A DNA stretch of 64,000 nt from Myxococcales bacterium (lineage in GTDB: Bacteria > Myxococcota_A > Polyangia > Polyangiales > DASUME01). How positions within the stretch are numbered: the stretch's first letter is position 1; each line of letters begins with the position of its first letter. The translations under genes and the position numbers were made by a program. The DNA is taken from the NCBI GenBank assembly GCA_047601445.1, contig JASGJH010000001.1, positions 8,000,001 to 8,064,000 of the forward strand. Reading direction: 5' to 3'. Under the pieces are notes generated by a model that saw only the letters and a list, made by a program, of their open reading frames with translations, had not been told where the DNA came from and searched no databases. Below, one piece after another: positions 20,369 to 30,807 of the stretch.

Positions 20369-20852
20369 GTTGGCGGACTGCCTGCGTTATCTTTTGCGGT
20401 GATGCGCGCCGAACGCGAACCCCTTCCGGTGGTGAGCCCGCTGCCTATTCCGGTGGCAACGAGTAGGCGCCCCGAGAGTCATGCGCCGCGGCTTGGACTT
20501 GGCACGAGCACGGACGGCGTTTGTAAGGTCGCCCCGCGGGATGTCCCGACCACTTACAGGGGGGCCCATCGCAGTGGGCGTACGTTCCCTTGCTATGAGC
20601 TTCAGCAACGCATTGAGAAACTTGAACACCTGCACGAGGAGCGTTGTGAGGTCTAGGACCGCGTCCAGCCAATCATTCAGCATGAAAGCACCGAAAGGTC
20701 TTTCGACATAGAGCGATGCCGGTGTTCGGTGGCGTCGCGAGCGATGGGCTCGCGACAATACAACCATCGAAATACTGGGTGTGCAAACCTGAGTTAGTGC
20801 TGTGCATGTCTCCGGCAGCCGATAAGCGAATGAGCCGGCGATGCCGCACCGG

Positions 20853-21635
20853 TCATGGGTACTCCGAGGTAACCCAGGCCTCGGCCGCCTGGCGGATGGT
20901 GTCGTTGACCGCAGCGGTGATCACCAGGCAATGCCCGAGCTTCAAGTCTGCAAAGAAGTTGAAGGCACCGTTGACACGGTTGGCGCCCAGGACGAACAGA
21001 TCCATGGTGTCCACGTCCGCAATGCTGGCCGTGCCGTTCACGATGTCCGGCGCGCTGTTGATCCAGGTGTCCCAGCGGCTGCCGCTGAACTTGGTCGTGT
21101 AGGTGGCTTCGACGGTGCCGTATGCGGCCACACCGGCCTGAGCGGCCACGTTCGCGTCATGTGCGTGGCGCCCGATGCCCGTGGTCGCGATGCACCCGGT
21201 GAAGATGCGGTTGCTCGTGAAGTTGGTGGTTCCTGCGCCCACCACGGCCTGATTCGCGCCACCGATCGCGGTGTGCTGCCCGCGGTAGATGATCGTGAAA
21301 GGGCCGTTGTCGCTGAAGTAGGCCGCAAGAGCGGCCGCGCCACTGAGCCGCGTGGATCCCACCGAGCCGAACAGCACGCACGGCTTCTTGCCGCCCGTCC
21401 CCAGCCCGCCGCCACCGGTTCCGCCGGCCTTGTAGGTGGCTTGGTTCGTGGCTTCGGCCAGGGCGTAGTTGTAGTTGCGGTCCGCGTACGCTGCGATGGC
21501 GCTGTTGTCGGTCTGCGCAATGCGCGACGGGTCGAACCACGCGGAGCCAGGGAACATGGTCGCCAGGCGTCGAGGGAGTGGCCTCGGTGAGAAGGGCATG
21601 CCGCGCCGGTCGCCGCCTCGGTCTCGAGTGCGCAT
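20853..21635 (-). CDS. Tail-associated protein, probable LamG/ConA-like beta-sandwich
   Basis: AWFDPS...AIAAYADR...ATYK...PCVLF pattern and C-terminal LFVLGA...AEAWV; TGATG-coupled to the tailspike gene. Confidence 0.55.
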   Translation of the reverse strand: MRTRDRGGDRRGMPFSPRPLPRRLATMFPGSAWFDPSRIAQTDNSAIAAYADRNYNYALAEATNQATYKAGGTGGGGLGTGGKKPCVLFGSVGSTRLSGAAALAAYFSDNGPFTIIYRGQHTAIGGANQAVVGAGTTNFTSNRIFTGCIATTGIGRHAHDANVAAQAGVAAYGTVEATYTTKFSGSRWDTWINSAPDIVNGTASIADVDTMDLFVLGANRVNGAFNFFADLKLGHCLVITAAVNDTIRQAAEAWVTSEYP

Positions 21636-23731
21636 CAGATCACCTCCACGAGGAACTCCACCCACTCACCAGACGCAGCGGCTCCGGGAGGGGTGGTCAG
21701 ACGCAACGTGTACTGGGTTTTGAGGCGCTCGCTCGCCAGGTCGTAGAACTGATAGAAGGACGCCACGGCCGCTCCGGGACTGGCGTCATGGAAGGACACC
21801 CGAAGTTTGTAGTCGCCTTGCGTCGCGTGATAGTTGGCGCCGTTGGTGGGGTCGCCCCCCAGAAACTTGGCCACCTCGGGCTTGAAGCCGGCGCCCGCGT
21901 CGACGACCTTGGCCGTGTTGTTGTCGGTGAACCTGACGACCATCGCGGCGTTCTCGCGGCCGGTGTAGACCACCATAGGCAGCTCTTTTACGGCTGCCGC
22001 GGGCCGAGCCATCTTCGCGTTGTTCCGGACGGTCTTCGAGCGCCCGTAGAGCAGGCTCGCGCTGTTGCTGTCGATGGGGTCCGCGTGCGGGTAGAAGCCG
22101 CCGTCAATGTCAATAGAGGCGAGACCCTCCAGCGCGATGCGGAAGTTGTCGTCGTAGGGGTCGCCCTTGCCGTCCACCGTGACGCCGATGAGCTTCACGG
22201 TCGCGCCACCGCCGACCCGAATGAAGTGATAGTCCGTGGGACTCAGGATGTCCGTTCCATCGCAGGTAGCGTCGAAGTTCGCGGCCGACCATCGCCCGCC
22301 GACAGCCACCACGGACGATGGGATCTGGCCGCTGCCCGTCACAGCCTGGAGCACGCGCTTGCAGCCCTCGCTCTGGAAGTTGTGGATCACGGTGCGGGAC
22401 TGGTTCGTGCGAATGCCATACACGTGGTAGGCGGCCTGGCAGTCATAGAGGGTTGCCTGACAGGAGCTCGCCTGCAGGCGGAACCCCGACGCATAAGGGT
22501 TTCCGGTGATGTAGTTGACGCTCGTGCAGCGCCTGAAGACGGTGCGGTACGGCTGGCCATCGTTGACATAGAAGCCGTTTTGGTCCGCGTTGAAGCTCTG
22601 GCAGTCCTCGAAAACCATGTCCTCCATCTGTTGGTGCCAGGGCGAAGCCGCCATGCCGAGACTGAAGCCGTGATCCATGCGAGAGCCCGACGCGAGCGTC
22701 CCGTTTCGATAGGCCAGGCAGTTCTTGAAGTGGTTGTCAGTGAGAGGGATGACACCGGAACCGCCGGGCACCGGGGCTACCGCGAAAGCCGCCTCCATTC
22801 GGCCGCCGCTGGTCGTAGCGACCACGACGTTCTGGACGACGCAGCCAGCACCACCCATCCAGATCCCGGGGATTCCCGCTGGGTCCGTGGGCGCTGCGTT
22901 CCACAAGATGCACGTGGCGCGGCCAGCCAACAGAGCTGTGTAGTTGGCCACCTGATCGCTGAAGATGCCGATACCGACGCCCGAGGTCTTGACGTTGATG
23001 CGCCACGAATCGCTGATGTAGAACGTGCGCATGACGGGAAGGCGGATCCCCGTCCCGTACTGCTCCATCGTGTCCGTAAGGCCTGCCAGATAGGCCAGGT
23101 TTGCGGCTGCGTTGCCCGCACCCGCTAGGATCCCGTCCGCATAGATGAAGCCCCGATCGCGGGTCTGCTTCCAAGCAACGCCGTTGTACACGCAGACGAC
23201 CGAGAACCGCGGGTCACCCGGGTCGTACACAACGGCCCAATCGTTCACCACAGGGTCGAGCACCGCTGCGGCCAGCGCGTTGATGCCCGTGTACCGCCCT
23301 CGGTAGCCCTTGCCGGGGCTGCCGGCGGTGTTGGGCAGCTTCTGCAGCCAGCGTCCGATCTGGCCCGGTGCAGGCGTCTTGACGCCGTTACCATCTGCAT
23401 CGGGCGGCGCGAGAGCGGCCATGCTCGTCGCGTCCCAAGCCCAAAAGTTGCCCTGGATCGTCTGCGTCTGCGCGTTGGCGTATGGGCCCACGAACGCGTC
23501 GAGCAGTGCGTCGCTGTCGAGCGCCTGCACCGCACCTGCGCTGAAGATGGAGGCCGGGCTACTGCCAGAGTTCAGCGGGTCGCTGGTCGACAGCTGGCCC
23601 TTGGAAACAAGCGCCCCGTAGTACGAAAGGTAGAGGTCCGCCGTGACGTTGACCCCCGTAGGCGGGATCGTGGCGCCGTTGTGGTCTTTGACCGGAACCC
23701 CTGGGTATGGCCACAGGGGGACCGAGATCAC
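21635..23731 (-). CDS. Tailspike/tail fibre with probable right-handed beta-helix
   Basis: 698 aa; stacked FKNC, FEDC, FRRC, LYDC, IHNF rung-like repeats; position in tail region. Confidence 0.65.
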   Translation of the reverse strand: MISVPLWPYPGVPVKDHNGATIPPTGVNVTADLYLSYYGALVSKGQLSTSDPLNSGSSPASIFSAGAVQALDSDALLDAFVGPYANAQTQTIQGNFWAWDATSMAALAPPDADGNGVKTPAPGQIGRWLQKLPNTAGSPGKGYRGRYTGINALAAAVLDPVVNDWAVVYDPGDPRFSVVCVYNGVAWKQTRDRGFIYADGILAGAGNAAANLAYLAGLTDTMEQYGTGIRLPVMRTFYISDSWRINVKTSGVGIGIFSDQVANYTALLAGRATCILWNAAPTDPAGIPGIWMGGAGCVVQNVVVATTSGGRMEAAFAVAPVPGGSGVIPLTDNHFKNCLAYRNGTLASGSRMDHGFSLGMAASPWHQQMEDMVFEDCQSFNADQNGFYVNDGQPYRTVFRRCTSVNYITGNPYASGFRLQASSCQATLYDCQAAYHVYGIRTNQSRTVIHNFQSEGCKRVLQAVTGSGQIPSSVVAVGGRWSAANFDATCDGTDILSPTDYHFIRVGGGATVKLIGVTVDGKGDPYDDNFRIALEGLASIDIDGGFYPHADPIDSNSASLLYGRSKTVRNNAKMARPAAAVKELPMVVYTGRENAAMVVRFTDNNTAKVVDAGAGFKPEVAKFLGGDPTNGANYHATQGDYKLRVSFHDASPGAAVASFYQFYDLASERLKTQYTLRLTTPPGAAASGEWVEFLVEVI

Positions 23732-24148
23732 GAGATTCCACCTTCGCGGACGCAGAGCTCCACGAAGGCACCCGTCGTGCTGCAGAGGATGTTGATCGTG
23801 TCGCAGTCGGGCGGGACCTGCTCGTCGTGGTACTGCCCGTCACGAATGGTCAGGCCTGCGCGCACGTCGCCGGTGCCCGGAACCGTGATTCTGGTTCCAC
23901 GTGATGTCCTGCTGCCCCTTGCTGTAGGAGTACTGAAGGTCACAGCCGACCGGCTGGATGAAGACGAACGGCCCAGTCCCTTGCTTGCCCTGCGTGACGA
24001 CGGTGGACAGCGCCGAGAGCGTGACGTGGATGGTGTCCGTGTTCAGCGTCGGACCCGCGCTTGCGAGGCGCTCCACGCCCTTGAGGCCGGTGGTGTCCGC
24101 GGCAGCACGCGGACCGATCACGAACGCTGCACGGTCGACCATTCCCAT
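23728..24148 (-). pseudogene. Hypothetical virion protein split by a +1 frameshift near 23889
   Basis: Removing one base from TGG AAC CAG A ATC ACG GTT fuses ORFs 23840-24148 and 23728-23943 with host-like codon usage; the restored stop overlaps the next start (GTGA). Confidence 0.7.
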
Positions 24149-24176
24149 ACCCGGTGGTGCGCCACAAGAGGAACGG

Positions 24177-25764
24177 TCAGATCACGCGGCGCGGGCCCCA
24201 CTCGGCGTTTTGCTCTCGGCGTTCGCGCTCCTCTCGGCGGCGCTTCTTTTCGAGCGCTTCCGGGTCGCCTGCTTTGACCTTCGCCTTGAACTCGGCCTCT
24301 GCGTCGCGTGCCTTTTCTTTCGCCGTGTCCTCCGCGGTCTTCTCTCGCGCCTTGCGTGGGGCGATCTCGGCGAACGCGTAGCCGCAGCTGTCGAAGCAGT
24401 CGTCGCGCATGGTGTCGCTCGTAAGCACCTCGCCCTCCTCCTTGTCCTTCCAGCGCAGCACGCGGATCTCGTGCGCAAGCGGCGCGGCCGAAATGTCGTC
24501 CTCTCCCTCGGGCGGGAGGTACAGGAGTAGCCGGCCCTTGCGGAGCTCGGTGTTCATGGTGCGCACGCGCTCGAGCTTGCCGAGCTTGTGGGCGCCCCGG
24601 ATGGTGCACCCGGTGATCTTCGAGTAACGAGGATTGAACGTGCCTTCGTAGAAGTTGATGCCGCCGCCGTTGGGGTCGCACACCACCGTCTTGGTCTGGA
24701 AGCGCTCGACCAGTCGCTTGGTGATCTTGGCCGCCTCGTCGTTGTTGACCTTCGCGTGCACCTCGGCGTGCACCACGATGCGCAGGGGGCTGTAGGGGTC
24801 GACTGCCAGCACGGTCCACGCGCAGCTGTCGTTCCATCCAAAGTCCATGCCGATCACGTGCTTCCAGTGGTGCGAGTAGTGCGCCGGAAGCTCGGTGAGC
24901 ACGTTGCCGGCGGGAGCGAGCTCGCTGCGGAACTCGAGCACGAACTGGGTGACGTCGTGCACCCACAAACCCAGGTGCTCGCGCTGGTAGTCCGGGTGGT
25001 TCTCGTCCCAGCCGTGGCGCCTGCGCTCCTCCTCGAGCGCCTTGTGCGGGTCGCGGGGGAACTTCTCGTTCTCGATGATGGTCCACGTTGGGAACGTGTA
25101 GAAGCCGCCTTCCTTGCCGTGACACCAGTCGTACCAGGTGCCCTGCGGGGCATAGCCTGGGGTGCCCGCCGCGATGAAGGAGCCGCCGGTGTCCATGAGC
25201 GACGGGCCCACCGCGAGCAGCAGAGGCTTCAGCAGGTGCTCGTAGTCCTGACACTCGTCGATGCAGAACAGGATGGACTTGAGGCCGCGGCCGACGTTGC
25301 TCTGCTTGATCTCTGTTGAGGCCCTTGATCACGAACATGGACCCGGCGGGCGTCAGGACCTCGCCGGTGTGCTCGCGCAGGACCCAGGGGTCCGCGCCGC
25401 TGTGGAGCTCGTAGCTCTCAATCATGCGCTCAATCTCGCGCCAGATCAGGCGCTTGCCTGTCTGCAGCGACTCGGCCACGTAAGTGACCTGTTCGTTGTG
25501 ACCCGCGCGCAGCAGGGTGAGCACGATCAGGGCAGCGAGGAAGGTGGTCTTACCGGCGCGTCGCGCAGCGCACAGGGCCAGGTAGGTGTGTCCGGCCTCG
25601 AGCGCTGCCAACACCTCGCGCTGCTTCCGGGTCAGGCTGGCGCGAAGGTGGCGCTCGACCTCGGCCCGGTAGAGCTGAGGGCTCTTCTCCTTGAGAGCGA
25701 GCCAAGCTCTGCGTCGGAGCTCGGCTCGGACCTCTTCTTTCGAGAATCTCTGCGCCGCGTTCAC
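24177..25764 (-). pseudogene. terL: Terminase large subunit with a +1 frameshift near 25314
   Basis: Frame 1: LTRKQ, AARRAGKTT (Walker A). After the shift: GRGLKSILFCIDECQD (Walker B), AGTP, IGMDFGWND, VCDP, DDCFDS (nuclease). Confidence 0.9.
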
Positions 25765-25788
25765 TGAACGTGACGGCGCACAAGAGGA

Positions 25789-28700
25789 TCAGCCGTCCAG
25801 CGAGTCCGACAGAATGGCGTCAGACCGCGCCCCGAAGCTGTCGCCGCCGGTGAAGCGGAACTTGGGCCGTGCAGCTTGGCGCGGACTCGGCAGCTCTGGC
25901 GCAGGCTCGGACACAGCGGGCGGGCGCATCGCAGCCATGCCCGCGATGAACTGCGGCTGCTGCTCGGCCGACATCGGCACGCCCGTGACCCAATGCAGGT
26001 AACCGCGTTGGTCCATGGTCGGCAGGAACTTGCCCTTGCCGACCTGTGCCACCAACCGGTCGCGGTAGGTCTGGAACATCTGGCCGTAGAGGTCCCGCAT
26101 GGTCTCCAGGTCCTCCAGAGTGGCGGATCCATCGCTCATGCGCTTGAGCGTGCCCTTGGGATCCTTGGCGGCGTTCACATAGCGCGCGACGCGCAGCTCG
26201 GTGATCGGGTCCATGACCCGCTCGGGTCCCTTGAACGGGTCGAGCGTGATGGCGGGCGGCAGCTTCGAAAGGATAAATGCGGCTTTGGACTGCGCCTTGT
26301 TGCCGATGGCAGCAGCGAGCTCGGGGCTCTCGGCGCGCACGTCCTCGAGCTGTGCCGCCATGCGCCGGCTGAGCGTGGACTGCGGATCCTGCAGCGCCTC
26401 GGCGTCCTCGATGGCCCGCCGAACGGCGTTGGCGCTGATACCCACACCGCCGACCGGTCCGCGCACCTGCTTTGCAATCGGTAGCTCGGGCGGCTTGCCG
26501 CCGTGGTTCTTGATCGTCGCTTTCACGGCGTCGTCGATGGCCTTTTCCGACTTGGCCGCACCCTTGCCCATGGCCAGGAGACTGCCGGCCAGGTTGCCCG
26601 CTGCGGTGGTGACCGTGCCGATGGCAGCACCAGCACCGGGAAGCGTGCGCAGCCCGTTCAGGATGACCTCGACGTTGCTGGTCTGTGCGGCCAGGCGCTG
26701 GGCTTCCTTCGCCTTGAGCGCCACTTCCTTGGTGGCCTGCATCTTCCCTTTGATGGCCTCGAGCGTCTGGCGCGCCTGGGTGATCTGCGCCAGGGCCTCG
26801 TCGGGCATCGGGTAGTACTTGGCCTGCGTCTCCATGAGCTCAACCTTGGCGGTGAGCCCAGCCAGAAAGTCGCGCGCATCCTTCCATGCACGCGGGTTGC
26901 CCAGGTTGTCGAGCATGGCCCCGATCTTCTCGGCGTCGTACTCGGTGACGTCGGCAAAGCCGTGCTGGCCACCACCTTCCGCACTCCCCGCTCGAGCAGC
27001 AACGCGGTGGAAGTTCTCGGACTTGCGGATCGCGCGTGTGATCGCGGCGTTGTTCACGGTTTGGAAGTCAGCGAACGCCTTGCCCACGAACTTCGGGTTC
27101 TGGAGGTCGGCGCGCAGCCCCATGTAGAGGCGCTGGAATGCGCCCTCGGACGTGGTGGCGGGTCGGCCGCCCACCTGGCGCGCGAAGCTGCCCAGGTGCG
27201 TCTTGAACAGGTCGGCCGCGTGAATGGTCTCGGCGATGCTGTCCAGGTTGGCACCGATGATGCGCGCTGACCGTGGCACCATCACGTTGCCGTTCAGCAG
27301 GGCCCGTTGGGACGCGTACTCGGTGTCTTTCAGCCCCGTGAGGTGTTCGCGCAGCCGCTTGAGCGCGTTCTTGCCTGCCTCGAAGTCCTTGAGCTGCTTT
27401 TTGCTGTAGATCGCGTGCTTCCGCACGTCGGTCATGTCGTCGAGCACCTTCTCCATCTTGTCGACGCGCGTCATCCACCGGCCCACCTCTTCGTGGGTCC
27501 AGACCACCCCCTCCTGCTCGAGGAGACCCCGGATGACCTTGGGCTTGTTGGTGCGGTTGGTGTAGGTGTCGTAAACGTTCGTCTCGAACCGCTGCAGGTT
27601 GTCCAGGTCTCCCTCGACACTCACCGAGAGCTGATCGGCCTGGTCCTTGAGCTTGTGCTGCAGGTCGCGGGCGTTCTTGGCCTTGTTCAGGTTGGCGTCG
27701 AGCTTGGCCAGGATGCCCTGCGCCTCGGGGCCCGGGGCCACGTTCAGCGTCGAGTTGATAGTGGCATCGGGGGTCAGGCCGGACTCTGCGATCACGGCGC
27801 CTTCCTGCTCCTGCACCAGCGCCGAAACGCGGTCCTCGGCCTCGTCGATAAGCTGCTGGTTCCCCGTTGCGTCGGCCTCGGCAAGGCGCTGCTGCGCGGC
27901 CTCCAGGTCCGCGTCGATTTCCTGGCGCGGGCGAGAGGGCGCGACGTCGGGCTCCGACGGAATGGCCTCGTCTGCCGCTCCACCGGGCGGAACCGCCTCG
28001 TCTGCAGCACCAGCAGCCTTGCGTCCGATGCGTTCGGCTGCCTCGCCGAGCACGCCAGCGCCAGCACCAAAGCCGCCGCCCCATTTCGCGCCCTCCCAGA
28101 ACGACTCGAGGGCGCGATCGGCAAAGCCGTCCACGTTGCCCGCACCCAGGTCGTCGAAAACCTGCCGCGCGGCGTTGTCGATGGCGCCTTCCCCAGCACC
28201 GAGCGCCGCGGCGAGGCCAATGCGACCGGCGGCACTGGCTGCAACGCGCGGTGCTACAGCGGCGCCGAGCCGCGTGGCGAGATTCCCGAGTTGCGTGGAC
28301 CGATATGCCAGCTGCGCTGCTGGCGAGATTGTGCGAGCGGCCTGCGCGAGAGCGCCCGAGCCGCCGGACACCACCGCAGAGCCCACCGACCCCACGATGT
28401 TGCCCGCAATGCTGCCCTCGGCCGCGTGCTCCTCGCGCAGCTTGCGCTCCGCTCGCGCTGCCTTGCCACCTACGGCGTCCGTTGCGAGCCCATAGAGCCC
28501 GAGGGAGCCGCCCTGAGCGACGCCCTCGCCGAACGCAGCGGCCTGCGAGCCAAAGTCGCTGTACTCCCGCTCAACCTCGTCTGGTGTGGCGAGCTGCGCA
28601 CCGGCGGCCAGCTTCTCCCGCACGCTCGGATCGGCTGCGTCGTACGTGTTGACGCGGTCGCCCTCGAGGAGCTGCACGGTGCCATCGGTGGGCGCCTCGG

Positions 28701-29013
28701 AAGCATCGAGTCGGTAGCCCTGCCGATAGGCCTCGGCCAGGTTCTCCTCGCCAACGTTCGACACCTCGCCGCCGCGCGTGATGTTCACGCGACGTGGGGC
28801 CTCGGGCTGCTCGAGCTGCACCGGGTCGGGCGCTGCGGGCGCGCCCTGATCGGCCATCGCTGCGGCCTCGAGCGCGTCGAGCTCGGCGTTCACGTCGGCG
28901 GGTGCGCTCGGTGCCGGCGCTGCGGGTGCCTGCGGAGCAGCGGACGCAAGCTCGGGCTGCTGCTGCGCCAGGGCCTCGGCCTCGAGCGCGTCCAGTTCGT
29001 CAAAGCCTGCCAT
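25789..29013 (-). CDS. Large internal virion/DNA ejection protein
   Basis: 1074 aa, Ala/Gly-rich and helical; last of four consecutive ejection-like genes after the nozzle gene. Confidence 0.65.
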   Translation of the reverse strand: MAGFDELDALEAEALAQQQPELASAAPQAPAAPAPSAPADVNAELDALEAAAMADQGAPAAPDPVQLEQPEAPRRVNITRGGEVSNVGEENLAEAYRQGYRLDASEAPTDGTVQLLEGDRVNTYDAADPSVREKLAAGAQLATPDEVEREYSDFGSQAAAFGEGVAQGGSLGLYGLATDAVGGKAARAERKLREEHAAEGSIAGNIVGSVGSAVVSGGSGALAQAARTISPAAQLAYRSTQLGNLATRLGAAVAPRVAASAAGRIGLAAALGAGEGAIDNAARQVFDDLGAGNVDGFADRALESFWEGAKWGGGFGAGAGVLGEAAERIGRKAAGAADEAVPPGGAADEAIPSEPDVAPSRPRQEIDADLEAAQQRLAEADATGNQQLIDEAEDRVSALVQEQEGAVIAESGLTPDATINSTLNVAPGPEAQGILAKLDANLNKAKNARDLQHKLKDQADQLSVSVEGDLDNLQRFETNVYDTYTNRTNKPKVIRGLLEQEGVVWTHEEVGRWMTRVDKMEKVLDDMTDVRKHAIYSKKQLKDFEAGKNALKRLREHLTGLKDTEYASQRALLNGNVMVPRSARIIGANLDSIAETIHAADLFKTHLGSFARQVGGRPATTSEGAFQRLYMGLRADLQNPKFVGKAFADFQTVNNAAITRAIRKSENFHRVAARAGSAEGGGQHGFADVTEYDAEKIGAMLDNLGNPRAWKDARDFLAGLTAKVELMETQAKYYPMPDEALAQITQARQTLEAIKGKMQATKEVALKAKEAQRLAAQTSNVEVILNGLRTLPGAGAAIGTVTTAAGNLAGSLLAMGKGAAKSEKAIDDAVKATIKNHGGKPPELPIAKQVRGPVGGVGISANAVRRAIEDAEALQDPQSTLSRRMAAQLEDVRAESPELAAAIGNKAQSKAAFILSKLPPAITLDPFKGPERVMDPITELRVARYVNAAKDPKGTLKRMSDGSATLEDLETMRDLYGQMFQTYRDRLVAQVGKGKFLPTMDQRGYLHWVTGVPMSAEQQPQFIAGMAAMRPPAVSEPAPELPSPRQAARPKFRFTGGDSFGARSDAILSDSLDG

Positions 29014-30807
29014 TTAGTACCCCTGCATGCGGCGGACCTGCTCGTCGTAGTCCGGAGCGTCCGGATCGATGCGCAGGCCGGAAGTGTCTGCGACGGCCGG
29101 GCCCGACTGGACGGGCGCAGGCGCGGGAGCAGGGCGCGTGCTCCAAGCGCTCGCGGGCTTCCAGCCCTTGGCCTCGGCCGCCTGCACCTGCTCGGGGCGC
29201 AGCATGACGCGCGCGCCCTTCGCCGTGATGTAGGGGATCGGAGCGTTCGGGTCGGCCGCGGGCGACGGCGCAGCTCCACCAGCGCGGCCGCGCTGCAAGT
29301 CGCGCGCGAGATCCGCCTCGGGCGTCTTGGCTGCAAGGCCACTGGTCTCGGCCTGCGCCGAAACGCTGCCGCGCAGCGAGTCCAGCGCCGTGCGGAGCTT
29401 GGCGCGCACGCTATCGCCGCCCGACGTCCACGCGGTGGGGTCGCCCAAGGCGCGGTCCACGACTTCGATCACGCCGTTGTCCAGGGCGCCGAGGTCCTTG
29501 ATCTCCTTGTACGACGCGAGGAGCTGCGCCTGCAGGGAAGCCATCTCCTTGGACTTCTCGCCGAACGCCTCGGTTCCGTGCTTCGCCAGCAGGGCGTCGA
29601 GCTTGGTCGCATCGCGTTCGAACGTGCGCATGCTCGAGTCGGCCTTACGGAACTTGGCCTTTTCGGTGTCGTTGAGGGAGCCCCACAGCGCAGGGTCGGC
29701 CACGTCCCAGCCGTTGGGAGCCGGCGCGCCGCCCGCAGCACCAGCCGCCTTAGCGCGAGCTGCGTCGGTAGAGGCGACCGTGCTTTGAATGTTGGCCTGC
29801 TGTGCGCGCAGGTCGTTGAGCGCCTTGGCTTCGGGAACGGTCAGGATCCCGGCGCGCTCCTTGGCCTCGAGCTCGGCCACCATCGGGTCGCGCTTCTTGC
29901 CGCGCCGCGCGGCCTCGGCCTTCTTGATCCGCGCGTTGATGATCTGCTCCTCGTACTCGCGGGCCTTGTCAGCCGCAGCGAGGCTCAGACGGTGTGCATT
30001 CTCACCGTAGGCCGTGCCCTCGGCGTCCTTGGCGATCTTCTCGAGCTCGCGCTGCTTGAGGAAGTACTGGTTGGCCAAGATCTTGTTGGTGGTCTCCATG
30101 GCGTCGTCGGAGTCCTTCGACAGCATGGAAATGGCGTTCTCAGTCTCCTTGACGTTGCGGCCGAGCATGTCCCGCTCATCGAGCTGGCGCTGGACGCCCT
30201 CTTGGACGTGCTGCTGCAGCAGGTTCATGCCCATCGCCAAGCCAGCGTTGCCGCCCCCGGTGCGCTGGCCCGTGGTGGGGTCATAGAAGCCACCGCCACC
30301 GCTGGCCATGGCGCCCACGATGCCCGCCACGATGGACGCCGCCTTCTTGCCGCCGCTCAGGCCCGGAATGGGCTTTCGCAGCGTCTCCAGATCGGCCGCG
30401 TGCTTCCGCTTGTACTCGTCGATTTGCGTGCGGTTCGCGCGGTAGTTCGCTTCAGCGTCGGACTGGAACTTCTGCACCTTCTGGTTGAACTCGTCGAGGG
30501 ACAGCGCCTGCTGCTGGGCCATCTGCTGCTTCGCAGCGCCCTCGCGCTGGTAGCTCGCCGCTTCCTGGTTGAAGCCGGTGATCCGCTCGTCCTGCACGCG
30601 GGCCTGCGCCGCGTAGGGGTTGCTGGCCTGGGTCACGTTCTCGACGGGCGCGACCTCGGGCGGTGGCGCGGGAGGCGTTGCAGGTGCCGGAGCTGGCGCG
30701 ACAGCGGGAGCCGGTGCCCGAACCGGCTGGTAACGGGCCGTGACTCCGCGCATGAGCGCAGGGTTCTGCCGCGCGAAGTCCGCAAAGCTCGTGGTCCCGT
30801 TGGCCAT
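29014..30807 (-). CDS. Internal virion/DNA ejection protein
   Basis: Start MANGTTSF at 30807 (TGATG overlap); Gln/Ala-rich coiled coil with a Gly-rich hydrophobic segment. Confidence 0.65.
   Translation of the reverse strand: MANGTTSFADFARQNPALMRGVTARYQPVRAPAPAVAPAPAPATPPAPPPEVAPVENVTQASNPYAAQARVQDERITGFNQEAASYQREGAAKQQMAQQQALSLDEFNQKVQKFQSDAEANYRANRTQIDEYKRKHAADLETLRKPIPGLSGGKKAASIVAGIVGAMASGGGGFYDPTTGQRTGGGNAGLAMGMNLLQQHVQEGVQRQLDERDMLGRNVKETENAISMLSKDSDDAMETTNKILANQYFLKQRELEKIAKDAEGTAYGENAHRLSLAAADKAREYEEQIINARIKKAEAARRGKKRDPMVAELEAKERAGILTVPEAKALNDLRAQQANIQSTVASTDAARAKAAGAAGGAPAPNGWDVADPALWGSLNDTEKAKFRKADSSMRTFERDATKLDALLAKHGTEAFGEKSKEMASLQAQLLASYKEIKDLGALDNGVIEVVDRALGDPTAWTSGGDSVRAKLRTALDSLRGSVSAQAETSGLAAKTPEADLARDLQRGRAGGAAPSPAADPNAPIPYITAKGARVMLRPEQVQAAEAKGWKPASAWSTRPAPAPAPVQSGPAVADTSGLRIDPDAPDYDEQVRRMQGY

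Noticed and set aside
25300..25325. Programmed ribosomal frameshift in terL
   Set aside because: No slippery heptamer is visible, the break splits the ATPase between Walker A and B, and the same error pattern appears in a host gene
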